Below are positions 12,430-25,869 of a stretch of DNA of 64,000 nt, in pieces. The stretch covers positions 406,162,001 to 406,226,000 of the forward strand of contig OZ024740.1 of the NCBI GenBank assembly GCA_964016885.1, read 5' to 3'. The position numbers and the translations under genes were made by a program. Within the stretch, counting starts at the first letter, position 1. Every line of letters begins with the position of its first letter. The DNA is from Eledone cirrhosa (taxonomy: Eukaryota). The notes under the pieces are model-generated. The model had not been told where the DNA came from and made no database searches. It worked only from the letters and a program-made list of their open reading frames with translations.

Positions 12430-12719
12430 AATAGTAGTAGTAATCACTGATGCAAATATTTACATGAACTACCCTACTGAACATGATTTTATATTAATTC
12501 TTTAATAAACAGGTGATTTAAACAAGTGACTACTTAACTTCAAGTTCCTACATAGTGATAATAAAATGACCAGTAGTGAGTGTAACTCATGCATCATAAA
12601 TTAGTAGTACATAACTTTTTTCATTCTACAAGTCTATATTTTATAGTCCTCTAACATTAAGTAATGCCATATAGTTTGATATCATACCATATAATATCTG
12701 TGGCAGGAATCTGAAACTA

Positions 12720-12811
12720 TTTACCTTTCATCCTTATGGGGTCGATAAAATAAAGTACCAGTAATGCACTGGATAATTGCTGGCCTTGTGCCTAACGTAG
12801 AAACAATTATT
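12720..12811 (+). mobile_element. SINE family A, 5'-truncated
   Basis: Core cctttcatccttatggggtcgataaaataaagtaccag ... gtagaaacaattat. Confidence 0.8.
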
Positions 12812-14769
12812 TATACATCAACATACTTGTTCTTAGTAGTGATAATATTAAACATAAATAATATAAAACTTGTTAATGGATAAATGCAGTGAATTTGATG
12901 GGATGTTAGAGAATCAGATTAAATGCCTTGTGATATTTGTTCTGGCTTTATGAACTTTATGAGTTCAAATCCAGCCGAGGTGAACTTTGCTCTTCATCTT
13001 TTCAAGTTTTTTTTGGGGGAAAATACCAGCCCAGGCTGGTGATTTGGAAATAATATGGAAGCTTGTTGGATGTATTATACTTGTAATTCAAAAGTCCTGT
13101 TTTGTCACATATGTTATGCTGATTCTGCCTAAATTGTTATGGGTACACATGTCTGTGGAATACTCAACCACTAACATGTTAAATTTATGAGTTGAACATT
13201 TAGTTAATCAAATGACTGACTGTTGATCATTGAAACTAATAGAAGCTCTATCATCATCATTATCTATGATACTGAGTAAATGTGTAGTAGAGTTGTAGAC
13301 TTAATGCCAAACAATATTTACTTTCATACTTCTATATCTCTAATTCAAATCTCCTTTGAGATCACATTGTCTTTCATTCCCATAAATACCAATACTTAAA
13401 TTAAATTAATTTAATTGACTATGCATACATCTTATATATTTTCATACTTTCAGATTTTTTATTAATTAAACATGATGTATTTGGTAGATGATTTACTTGC
13501 AGTGAACATATGTGTGGTTTGGGGTATAACTTATAAATTATTAGCAACAGGCTAAAATATTTTTTCAACATTTAGTTCTACCCTTCCACAACATGTGTTC
13601 AAATCTAATGAGGTTTATAGAATAAAAGTTAGCTACATACTGGAATCATGTCAATTAAGAATACATTTGATTTCTAATTTAAACACAAGGCCAGCAAATT
13701 TTGAGGGAAAGGCAAAATTGATTCAATCAACTCCAGTACTTATCTGACAATCTACCAATTCTGCCAACCAACTACTCACAATTGAGGATATATTTACCAT
13801 AGATATTTGTGAAGTTGTAAATATGTAAGAAACCTTGGAAAGGCTATTATTATTCAAACAGACTGAATCAGTCAAATCAATGTCCCTGGAAGGTTTCAAT
13901 ACACAATTCTACAGTTAATAGTGAAGAATCTTAACCTTGCATCAGCTGCATGTTTTTAGATGTGCACATGTGTGTGTGTCTGTGTGTTAAGCTAATGATG
14001 GTTAATATCAACTAAGATTTGATTAATAGCAACAAAAAATACATGGGGATGTATGTTGTGCAGAGAGATAATATTTTGGGCAGGTATTTGTTAGAGAACT
14101 CATGAATGAACACACACACACACACACAATATATATATATTTTGATGAAATTATGATCTTATGAAGTAAGATCAACATATGAAAAATTTCAGTGAAAACT
14201 CACCTTCAAACAATTTATAAATCAAATAATGAGAAATTTATGAAAGGAAATGTAAAATAAGAAAAAAGAAAAGAATTTTTAAATGTTTATGTGGTTCATG
14301 TAAGTCTAGAAAAATAAATAAAAGTTATCAAATTTGATGTGAAATAATGAAAACAATATTTTTCATTGAATAATATCAAATAATCACATATGTTAGATAT
14401 TACATATTAAACAGAGTAACAAAGTGCACAGGACCATTGTCGCAGCACACATGAGGGCAATACAGGAATAGCAACCAAATAGTATCTGCCACCACAACAT
14501 AAAACTATGCAGATACAGATCATCAAATAGTATGAAAAATCGAAACTGCATGGTAACAGATATAAAACTGTCAAGTGATATCAACAGCCAACATAAATGC
14601 ATGTTACACAATTTTAACAACTTACACACATACATGCATACATATTATAAGCTACTGAGATGTTCAGATATGAATTACTAAGTATTAGCAACAGTTATTA
14701 AACAAATTATCAAACAATAGTAGTAGCAACACCCAGTCCTTTATAGCAACAGTCAATATGTAAACTTAA

Positions 14770-15460
14770 ATGATAGCACATCTAATGCAATAGAGTACTG
14801 AAGGAGATCAACATCCAATGGAAAAGATTGTAAAATGATAGCAATGACTAACATACAGATTATTGAATGATAGCAATATCAATCAAACGTTTGCAACATC
14901 TAACAGACAGGCTTGAACGATAGGTAGCAACATCTAACATAAAGGCTTTGAAATGTTTGCAATATCTTACATAGAAATTATTGAATGATAGCAACATCTA
15001 ACATAAAGGCTTTGAAATGTTTGCAATATCTTACATAGAAATTATTGAATGATAGCAACATCTAACATAAAGGCTTTGAAATGTTTGCAATATCTTACAT
15101 AGAAATTATTGAATGATAGCAACATCTAACATAAAGGCTTTGAAATGTTTGCAATATCTTACATAGAAATTATTGAATGATAGCAACATCTAACATAAAG
15201 GCTTTGAAATGTTTGCAATATCTTACATAGAAATTATTGAATGATAGCAACATCTAACACAGTCTTTTAATTGTTAGCAACATCTAAAATACAGGCTTGA
15301 GTGATAGCAACAGCCAATACACAAACACTGAATTATAGTAATGACCAATACAAAGTTTATTCAATTATAACACAATATACACATTACTCAATATTAGCAA
15401 CACCCAATGCATAGACTGCTGAATAATAGCAACATAAGCTAATGGATATTAGCAACAGCA
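14770..15460 (+). repeat. minisatellite: 64-bp unit x5 (14925-15258) within a degenerate ~32-bp monomer array
   Basis: AAAGGCTTTG recurs at 14941, 15005, 15069, 15133 and 15197; each unit is two related halves (tagcaacatctaacata / ttgcaatatcttacata); diverged gatagcaac monomers on both sides. Confidence 0.92.
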
Positions 15461-15635
15461 AACTAAAAACAAACAATAACTAGTTGTTGGCAAACAACAA
15501 AATATTTGATGCCATAATTTATATTTGTTATAAGTTTATATCAATAACCTGTTCAGTTAAATATTATTTTTGGATCCCATTAAATGATTGATATGGTTAG
15601 AATAATATGCACACACATACACACCTATATATATA

Positions 15636-16875
15636 ACTAGCAGAAGTACCCGGCGTTGCTCAGATATTAAATAGCAGTTATGTATACCATTTATGTCAAT
15701 ACTTCAGTGCTGCTTCGAAAACTATACTTTTACAAAATCATCGGCTTTTTCCAAAAGGGGGTTCCTGCCCCCAGGGGTCCCCTACTCAATATGTGCCAAT
15801 TCTGAGAGTTCACATTCATCTGTAGAACAAGCGTAGCCCATGTGTCAAGTTTTGTGAAAATCGGTTGCAAACTCCAGAAGTTATGACGTTTTGTTGCATT
15901 GCACTGCAGTGCTTCAGTCGACTCCAAGGAGGTGGTTAAAGGGGGTTATCTGCCGGGAGGCCCTATAATCAATATCTGGAAAAATGAAAGTGCCCATGAC
16001 CATCCAGAGTACATAAGTAACCTATGTCTTAAGTTTGGTGAAAATACTGTAGAAATGCATAAGGTTTACACACACGCACGCACACGTGTGTGTGTGTGTG
16101 TATGTATGTATGCGTATGTATATGTTCGTCGGCGCATACGTATGCACTGGCCTAAATCTTCGCTATTTACTTTTACTATGTTAAGGCAAAGTTAAAATCC
16201 CGTCAAGGTTAGCTTTGCCTTTCATCCTTACGGGGGTCGATAAAATAAAGTACCAGTAATGTACTGGGTGATTGCTGGCCTTGTGCCAAAAGTAGAAACA
16301 ACTATTTTAATAACCTGTCATTTTCATTTACAATTTTATTTACATCATTCTTAAACTCCGGTGCTGGAAATCATTCGGTTATTTTAAATAGAATATTAGT
16401 CTAACAACTCCATTTACACCATAAACTTGGTCTTGTCTTTGCATGAAATTGTTCTTCTCGCTCCACCGTGTAGTTTGTTCGTAACGTAAATAGATAAACA
16501 AATGACGCCATAAAAGGGAAATAACTCGTCTCTCATCTCTATTTATACATTTGAACTGAAAAATCAATACATTACAAATTCGATTTTTGCACTTGGCGTG
16601 AGACAATTTGAAAATTTTTTAACTGATGTCTCCGCTGGACCTTCATCTATGAGTGTTGCAATTTTACCGAAATTTGAACGTGTGTGTGAGTTTGAATCCC
16701 TAAAACTAGAGAAGCACCCAACCGACTGTTTTCAAACTTTACACATGTAATATTTATGTTTCAGGGAGTGTTCTGAGTAAAAGAAATTTCAAATTTTCAA
16801 TGCCCTAGCGACCGCATTAGGCGATTTAGCGATCTCTCTCTATAATTCTTAGTCTTTCTCTTTTTAGATAGATAC
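15636..16875 (-). mobile_element. non-autonomous Helitron-like element, with a SINE A fragment inserted at ~16196-16303
   Basis: Minus-strand 3' end GAGCAACGCCGGGTACTTCTGCTAGT (GC hairpin plus CTAG); probable 5' end TCTATCTAAAAAGAG near 16870; CpG-richer interior; may be composite. Confidence 0.55.
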
Positions 16876-16899
16876 ATACATATAACGTCGCACCCTTAT

Positions 16900-17162
16900 A
16901 GTATCTGTCTGTATGTCTGGCTGTCTGCTGCCTCCGGTTATTCTGCCACTCTTGCTCAAGACAAATCTCACACTCATTCCCAAAACAGTTGGTAAGTGCA
17001 CACAACTTCTTCCTCACGTTTTAAGCCAGAGTGTTGCTTACTTACGTACCACCAGACCCTTACTTCTTTGCCAGCCGTGGTTGTGGCAATACTAAGCTTA
17101 GCTAAGGCGGTTATATATTTCACAATACCTTATCCCGTGCAACGCCAGGTACCACTGCTAGT
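16900..17162 (+). mobile_element. short Helitron-like element
   Basis: 3' end CCCGTGCAACGCCAGGTACCACTGCTAGT; 5' TCTG repeats; 5' boundary uncertain. Confidence 0.5.
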
Positions 17163-17477
17163 ATATATATATATAACCCAGACATCCAAAGTAAGGTTTT
17201 CATACCTATCCTATATTTTGAATTAATTACTCAGTCATTACTTTTTCCACCAGTTTTCTATATTTTTCAATATTTTTCATTTGCTTATTCCACTGTTTTT
17301 AAATGTCTCTTTGCCAACTAATGACAAACTTCATGGCTCTATCATCTCTGCAACCCACTCGCCCTCCTCCTATCCACTACCTTCCAATTAGTTGTTTTGC
17401 AGACTTTGCCTTGCACTGCCCCTCATTTCCAAAACCTTCCCACCTGTTGCTTTCTACACTTACCCTCTTACATCACC

Positions 17478-18601
17478 AATTAGGTGTTAAAGAATGGCTT
17501 GTGAGAGCAGTGCAAGCCACGTACAGAGGAGCTGTCAGTAAAGTGTGAGTTTAGCAAGCAATTCAAGGTACAGGTAGGAGTTAATCAAGGTTTGGGTATT
17601 AACTCACTGCTGTTCATCATAGTTCTTGAGGCCATAACAGAGGAGTTTAAAATTGGCTGCTCATGGGAACTTCTCTATGCAAATGATTTAGCCCTCATAG
17701 CTGAATCCATAAAAGAATTAAAAAATAAATTCTGTCTATGGAAACAGAATTTGGAATCAAAGAGTCTGAGAGTAAAGAAGATAGGGCTCTGATCCCTTCA
17801 GGGAAGTGGCCCTGCTCAGTATGTAGAAAAGGAGTAGACATAAATTCCATACAGTGTACACAATATAAATCTTGGGTACACAAGAGATGTAGTGGAATAG
17901 CATGTAAACAGGAAAGGATGACTCTAGATGTAGAAGATGCACAGGAGTAATTGAGAGGAAGAGCGTCAGTAATATAAACCTTTTCAAATCACAGGCAGCG
18001 TCCATAGAAGTTGATAGCTTCTGCTATCTAGGTGACTTAATTAGCAATAGAAGAGGGTGTTCTGAGAGCACAATAGCTAGAATAATGATAGGATGGAAGA
18101 CGTTTAGAGAGCTACTCCCACTGTTGATAAGAAAAGGTTCCTCCCTATGTACAAAAGGACAACTATACGACATGTGTGCTGTGCGATGCTGCATGGTAGT
18201 GAAACATGGGGAGTGGTGACTGCAGAAGACATTTGTAGACTGGAGACAAATGAAGCAGTCATGCTCTGTTTGTAAATGTGAGAGAAAGGCAGAGCCTGGA
18301 TGAACCAGGGTAGGAACTGAGTTTAAGAACAATCCGAGGTGGTGTGCAGGAGAGAAGACTGCATTGGTACGGACATATTATGTGCATGGATGATGATCAT
18401 TGGGTGAAGAAGTGCCAGGAAATGCCTGTAGAAGGAAGCCGTAGTAGAGGTAGACCAAGAAAGACCTGGACAGAGGTGGTGAGAGCTGACCTTAAATCGC
18501 TGAGACTCACAAATATGATGAGGAAATGCAGTGAATGGAGAGATTTTGTGTTGAGAAAGACCCGTCCAAGCATGGAAAAATGGATAAAGACGATGATGAT
18601 G
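17478..18601 (+). mobile_element. decayed RTE-clade LINE (RT C-terminal half, frameshifted)
   Basis: ORF fragments LGVKEWLVRAVQATY, LLFIIVLEAITEEFKIGCSWELLYANDL, GKWPCSVCRKGV, QERRLHWYGH...GRPRKTW, homologous to 50223..52068; (GAT)n tail. Confidence 0.9.
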
Positions 18602-18650
18602 TGTGTGTGGTGTGTGTGTGCGTATATATATATATATATATATATATTCA

Positions 18651-18918
18651 TTAAAATAACAGATTAAAGTTTAAGCAAAGAATCGCTGCTTACACCCTTA
18701 ACGGGATCTTCTGAAACTATTAATGACGTATTATTCGTTTTTTCCCGTTCTTTGCCAGCGAACGTTTCCACGAACCAAAGTATCGTCTTCCTGTCTTCCT
18801 CCGGTTGCAACGTTTTTTGAAATATCCAGTTCTGCGTTTACAGATTGACTTTGTTCAGAAGATCCCGTTAAGGGTGACAGCAGCGAGTCTTTGCTTAAAC
18901 TTTAATCTGTTATTTTAA
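18651..18918. mobile_element. TA-embedded fold-back element with ~65-bp inverted termini (Penelope-like relic or MITE)
   Basis: ttaaaataacagattaaagtttaagcaaagaatcgctgct..cccttaacgggatcttctgaa versus ttcagaagatcccgttaagggtg..agcagcgagtctttgcttaaactttaatctgttattttaa. Confidence 0.65.
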
Positions 18919-19069
18919 TAAATATTTGCTCTACGGTTCTTATATATTTGATATATATTTTCCTTATCGAGCCCTCTTTGGATTTTAGTCTTCAATTTTA
19001 TTATTATTACTATATATATATATATATATAAAGGTTTTTTAATATATCCCACATGGATAAAAATATAGG

Positions 19070-19308
19070 AAAAAGAAGTTGAAAATGTAAATGAAGTCTT
19101 TAAGGTTTATTTACAATAATTTATAACTTAACCGGTTTCACACATTTCATAATTTTCAACAGTTAAGAAAGACGGAAAGTTGCGTGGCTATACTGACTTA
19201 TAACTCGCATCTAACTTTTAAAATCTTGAAGCTTGTGAAACCAGTTAAGTTATAAGTTATAAGAAATAAACCTTCTTAAAGACTCCAATTATATCGTCAA
19301 CTTCTTTT
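19070..19308. mobile_element. second TA-embedded fold-back element (Penelope-like relic)
   Basis: aaaagaagttga..agtctttaaggtttatt..ttataacttaaccggtttcaca versus tgtgaaaccagttaagttataa..aataaacctt..ttaaagact..tcaacttctttt. Confidence 0.55.
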
Positions 19309-19356
19309 ACATATATATAACTAGGCTGACAAAACCAACAATTTATAGCAACATGT

Positions 19357-19677
19357 TAATACAGAAGACTCTACTTCCCACGGGTACAAGCCGAAACTGA
19401 AGCATATAAGAAGTATACCCCCACACCGCTCCCACTGTAAAGTGGTCGTGTAAGTGTCATGACAAAAAAAGCATCCAGTCCACACTGTAAAGTGACCATA
19501 TAAAAAAGCACCCAGTACTCACTGTAAATGAGGTTGGTGTTAGGAAGGGCACCCAGCTGTAGAAATCAAGCCAAAATCAGTTCTGTATGAGCAAGACATG
19601 GTCACCTGATCTGGCATTGCCCACAACAGGACAAACTGTCTAACCCATGCTAGCGTGGAAGAATGGACAGTGATGAT
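19357..19677 (+). mobile_element. RTE LINE 3' UTR fragment
   Basis: Homologous to 52030-52418. Confidence 0.75.
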
Positions 19678-22600
19678 AAAATGTCATATCAACCAATCAT
19701 ACAGCTGATTTTCTACAGATGGCTGTGCATGTCATATCTAATTCACTATACTACAAGAATTCCTGGTGAAACACTTAGATGAGCAGTGCCTGCTTTAAGA
19801 TTGACATATTCAGAAAACAAACATCTTTTTAAGAAATAACTTAGTTTAGAATATCACCAAAACAAGACTTTGATATTTATAAACTTTTTGAGGTGTGTTG
19901 TTATTAACATGGTGAGGAAAATTTAAACTATTTTTGTCTCTCTACAATTTGATATGCACTACATTCTAGTTAAAGTTAAAATCTATGACAATAATCCCAC
20001 TAAGGATCATACATAGCACATTTAATGATTAACCAACAACTTTATCCATAAGCTACATTTTTAAACAGTACTTCTCAATTCTTTATCAGTACTTTAACAC
20101 AGAAAGTCCTATATTAACCCTTTTGATACCAAAATACTTGAAACCACACCTGGTTCTGTAATACAAAACTGTTTTAAAGTATTTATACATTTCTAAAAAC
20201 CTTCCATCATAATTTTATGTAAGAACCTTTGTTAAGTTATGCTCCAAACACCAACTTAATGAGAAAGTTCTATTAATAAATCCCTCTAAATTCTTTATTA
20301 TTTTTTAAATGATATAAAAACCATACGCAATGTCTTTCATTTATCAACAACAAAAGCATTCACTGGCACAAATTACATAAGTTTTCATTTAATCTTTTAA
20401 AAATTATTATTATAATTATTTTAATTGAACATTCAATTTTGTATTAAATTGTTTCTTAGAGTCATAAAGTTATAACTGAAACCATAAGGAGAATATTACA
20501 ATTCACTTATCTGGGATGGGCTGTTCAATATCAAAGCCAATCTTAAACTGAAAGAGAACATTTTCATATTAATTGTTACTTTTATTATGCAACCCATTTC
20601 CTACTACTACTACTACTATATTGATATCATCATCACAACCACAAACCACAGGGAATTTAAACTTTATGCTTTAGTATACAACCCAGTTAAGTTTCTTTTT
20701 CCTTTCTAAACTCATTCTTACAATAAAAAATAAAAAAACTTCAGGAAAGGATCAACATTTTTTTTTCTGTAAACACAAAATGGCTTATATCTCCTCTTGA
20801 AAAAAATGCTAAAAATACCAAAAATGTAAAAAAACATTGAACAAAGAAATAGTTATTAGGTGTTTTCTATTTATTTCTGTTAAAAAAATAACCAAAGACC
20901 ATCTTCATGTAAAACAAAATACACTAAACAACTAATTTATTTAAAATTCTAATCTTTAAATTTAGATGTTAAAAATAAGGTAGCATGACACTAAATTTTA
21001 AATGTTTTTTTCCCTTTTTGTTTCTATTTATGATACTATTCTGCTTCTATTTATTTATGAGGAAGTGTTTTTACAGCTTAGTGTTCTTCCTTCTTTAAAG
21101 CTACCAAATTACCCATGAAATAAGTGTATTACTTAATTCTAACTAGACAGACAGAGGCCAAGAAAAATAAGATGTCTTGCTGAAGGGCCAACACATAGAA
21201 AGAATGGAACAATATGGATTCTCTGAATGGACTAGAACAAAATTAATGACCAGTCATCTGAAGTTGTGTGACTAAAGGTTTTAAGAACACAAAGAAGGAA
21301 TACAATAAATATCAACATTCTCTCACAATCTGACATTTTGTATGTATATTTGTTTAAGAACCATGTGAAGCTTATGTCTTTTATACATTATGTTTGAATG
21401 CTTTTGTAAGCTATTTGATTTTGTAACATAATTATTTTCATCAAAGATATGTTTATCTGTAAATACATGGAAGACTTTGATTTTAAATTTCTAGAGCAGT
21501 TCAATTTTTTTAAATATTTTGTTATAAATATAAAGCTGAAAACCATCCAAAATAAAATATTTTTCATATTTGCATCTCGATCTAATTCTGTTTGTAGTCA
21601 GTTTTACTAAAGTAATATTTTACTTATTTACTGAATATAATATAACTTCACTGAAAATAAACAGAAAGTTGAGCCAGCAAAGAAACATGATAATTTAACA
21701 ACATGCTTACTGTAACAGCTAAAACACCCCTCAATATATTCCCTATGATCTTTAAAATGGGACGACATGTTTGACGTTGTAGCATTCCAACACTAACAAA
21801 GACAGAATGCACAAAGCAACTTATCTAATGTTTTTGTAGGATTGGTTATCTTCAAGCAATAGGTCTGCCAAAGCACTAATACCTGCTAAATATACCCACT
21901 GTAAATTATATATTATCAATAGTAAGATATGTAAGTGGGTAGGTGGGATAAAGTTAGAAATTTAGGACTTGCTAAGACCATAGGAACAGCCCCTTCCTCC
22001 AGACAAATCTGATTAAAAGAAAAAAGTCTTCAATCAATATTAATCTGAATTAAGATAGAAGTGATAAAATGATAAATTAAACAGTTTACAGTATTTAATT
22101 TCATTCTTCTATAATCTGAGCTCAAATACCACCAGGGTAAACTGTCTTTCATTCCTCTAAAGTCAATAAATTAAGTATCAGGAATGTACTGAGGTTAATT
22201 AAATCAACAATGTTTTAACCCTTAAAAATGTGTGGTTCTGTGTCAATGTGAGAAATGAATACTAGGTTAAATCAACAAGGGTATGGTCACTAACAAGATG
22301 ACATTATGAAGGGCATCCAACTGTAGAAACCATACCAAAATGGAACATATGTGAGTGAGATATGGACCCCTCAATCTGTCTAGGAGGATAGTAACTTCAA
22401 TGAAGTACTAATTGATTCTATAATGCCTCGCCTAACCCATGCCAGTGTCGAATAGAAAGTATGATGATGACGACGACGAGGATGATATCAAATAAAAAAA
22501 ATATTACAGAGATGACTATTTTAAAGCAAAACATTCCAGAAATAAAATATTTTAGAAATAACATTTTTATAAACATCTATCTATGAGATGCTATTGACAT

Positions 22601-22721
22601 CGGGTAAGATATTTACAAGAAAATGTTGATTCTAAGTAAAAAACAAAAAAATGAAATTCAATTAAAAAAAACACTGAGCATGCTAAATAAATACATATTG
22701 CCTAAACACTCACAATATTAA

Positions 22722-22793
<72 letters not shown>
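22722..22793 (+). repeat. (ATG)n microsatellite, about 24 units
   Basis: Direct reading; source of the poly-His ORF 22710..22943. Confidence 0.95.
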
Positions 22794-23360
22794 TTGAATA
22801 TAGTGGTAATGATTTTGAGCTATAAAAATGAACAGATTGTATGGACACAAAAAAAATAAATAATCAAATAACTTTTTAAAATATAAAGTTTTCCCAACTT
22901 CTACTTGAATATTTGTGATAAGCAGCATTGGACAAATAAACAAACTGAAGCAACAAAAATAAACAGTTGGCTAGATGAGAGGGATAGGACCAGAGAAAAG
23001 ACGAGGGACTAAAAAACAAGAGGTTTGTGGACTGACATGAAAGCAGAGTGAATAGCAAATTTATCAAGTAGAAATTCAATGAGACTACATTCCAATATAA
23101 CTGATAATATCTGCAACAACTAACTTGGTTTTTCTAAAAAATAATGTCCTTTGGCAAAATAAACAATTGCATGATAGAAACAAGACCAGCAGAGCTACAG
23201 TGTTACAGAAACCTAAACCTGTCACAGCTCATACATCTGGAAGTCAGAGTTTTACATCATTTTTCTTTATTTAATTCAATTTAAAAAAAAATATTTGGTA
23301 AAGAGGTTGCATGGGTGTGGACTACACAAGAATCTTATAACAGTGTAATATCATCATCAT

Positions 23361-23398
<38 letters not shown>

Positions 23399-24115
23399 CC
23401 ATCTCTTTCACATATAATGACTCCCCAAATATGGACTCAATTTAAGTTTATGAAGTTCGTAAGGACAACTTCTTAAGGAAGGAAAATTCAATAATTCCAT
23501 CTTAAAAGTCTAGTAAAAAATAAATTTATAAACAAAGATTAAACCTACTGTAAAAATAATGAATGACATACTTCCTTCCTCAATACATGACCCAACCATC
23601 TCATTCTATTTTACTGCACTAACAATTCCCATCATATTCAGTAATTCACTGTTTGTCTTCTTCCATCTGAGCAATACTCCATTCATCTATTGAACCATTC
23701 CCATTTCTTTTCTTTCCAGCTTCCTCTATTGTCTCACATTTATCACTCATATCTTTCTCCCATAAATCATGTCACTTCTTGCACATGCAACATACACCTA
23801 TCCCTTTAGTTTCAGCAAATAATGGCCAGTAATTTACTGAAAACATATATTTTCTACATATTCTCATATTTAGAGGCAAAAATAGCTGAATGGATAATGT
23901 TGCACTACCATTTTTAGATTGAAACTTCATATCTGCTGTAAACGTTTTAATGTCTAAGGCATCAAAACCATGATGCTTCAGTTGAAAAATTAATACAGTG
24001 GTTTACATCCTATCCATGAGAGATATTTGTCTTATCCTTATTTAATTCATAATTTAGCTTGAGAAAGACAAGTGGTGAATAAATCAATGGTTTGTGAAAG
24101 TATAAACAAATTTCT

Positions 24116-24374
24116 TTAACCCTTTCATTTCTATATTTCTAATGAAAAACACTGCCTATGATTTTCAAATAATTTTGAAAATAATCAAAGATTTTGTGGG
24201 ATTTGTAATATAACTAACTTTCTTATGATTAAGCTGGTGTTTGGACCATAACTTAAATGTTCTTACATAAAATTATGATGGAAGATTTTAAAATAAATAT
24301 AAAAACTTTAAAACAAGCAGTTTTGTATTGTAGAATCATGGGCAGTTTCAGATGGTTTGATATGAAAAGGTTTA
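24116..24374. mobile_element. TTAA-flanked piggyBac-like MITE family (other copies ~20114-20340, 27853-28090, 39880-40100, 53709-53925, 56312-56670, 60617-60858)
   Basis: TTAACCCTTTC... and ...AAA(G)GGTTAA ends; shared interior (ggtgtttggaacataa, atgatggaa, agttttgtat..tagaacca). Confidence 0.65.
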
Positions 24375-25869
24375 AATTTGTGAAGAAACTATTAATTGCT
24401 ATAAGATAGTTACAACACAGTTGATAAAGCTCTACTCTGACTCATAAAATAACAAATCTGAAAATAATGTTCTATTTCATTAGACAACAAGTACAGTTAC
24501 AGAAATTATTGATTTGTTCTCCTTTCTGGAAGTTATCCACATTATTATCACCACACACATCACTATTAAGATCTATTTCTTCTTCTTTAAAAATATGTTA
24601 CATGAGCTTGAAAAAAAGCTTTTCTCCATTTCTCAGTTGTACCTTTACATTTTCATTTATGATATCTACTTTTTAAAAGCCTACCTCACCCTGGTTACAT
24701 AACTACAACTAGACAGTGGTTAACTATTTAGTCAACACAAATCATCTAGATTATGTAGTTGTATATTCTTATGTTCAGTGATAAATACCTCTAATACTCA
24801 ATCACTTTCTTTGCACTCAATCTGTACCTGTATTCACATCATCTGTCGCACCTCCACCTCATTTATTTTTACTTTTACTATCTCAAGAAAAGCAATCTTC
24901 TTAAGAATTTTAATTCATTTCTTACACAGTGTGCACATAGCTAAGCATTTAATAGTGTAGTTGTTTGGCAGAGTTGTATTTGTTCCAGCTCTCTGCACTC
25001 TAAATTCAAATACCGCTGAGTATAACTTTGCCTTTTATCCTTTCAAGGTTGATAAATAAAGTACCAGTCCAGTGGTGGTGGATTGGTGAAATTGTTAAAA
25101 CATTGAACAGGATGCCTTGTGTATCTGTTCCAGTACTGCATGTTCAAATTTAATCTCCTGTTACTGGAAATGCAGTGATGTTACTGCCAGGATTTATATC
25201 CAACAGATAGTAACAGCAATGAAAAGCCTAATGACTACATAATTCCTTGGTCTGATCTTAGTATTGGCATCTTTATTTTTTGTTTGTTTCAGAAATCAAA
25301 GCTAAGAGAAGTGACTTTAAAAACAATGTACGTTGTATGAGGTATAGCAGCTTTGTAGTTTAAGTATTTAGACTATAGACTACTAGTGATAATGATTTTG
25401 TCTCAAAACAGAACCCATGATCAGTATGAATCAGGAAAGATAAAGGTTTTTGAGGCTCTAAGGACTTATAGGATTATGGTGTCTTCCATATATATATAAA
25501 GTCTGGAAAAAAAATAAGGGTGAGGAAATAACAAATACATCAAATTTGAATAAAATGGTACCCTTCTTGCTTTGATCTCCTAAGCATGTGGTTATTTTGC
25601 TTAATGGCATTCTTGGTTGCAAGGCTTGCAAGGCTAACCCCTACTTTAGCAGGGAAAATGATCTCAAAAGACTTGTATTGATTTTCTCCTTGATAATAAG
25701 ACAATCTAAGTATAGTCAAGTTCTGGGGTGGACAGATTTGACTATAATTCCTTCCCCGAAATGTAAAGCCTTCTTGTCATATTAAAAATTAATATTACAA
25801 TCTGAACTCAAACAACATCAGGGTTGTTTTTACCCTTCATCACAGTCAATAAAGAAATATAAAAAATAT

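Noticed and set aside
14204-14304. Strong donor AAG|gtgagt with an upstream acceptor
   Set aside because: T-rich low-complexity sequence with an in-frame stop; not coding-like
14925-15258. Regular repeat array resembling CRISPR
   Set aside because: Units are identical end to end with no unique spacers; no cas genes; eukaryotic context
22710-22943. Poly-His ORF
   Set aside because: Translation of an (ATG)n microsatellite
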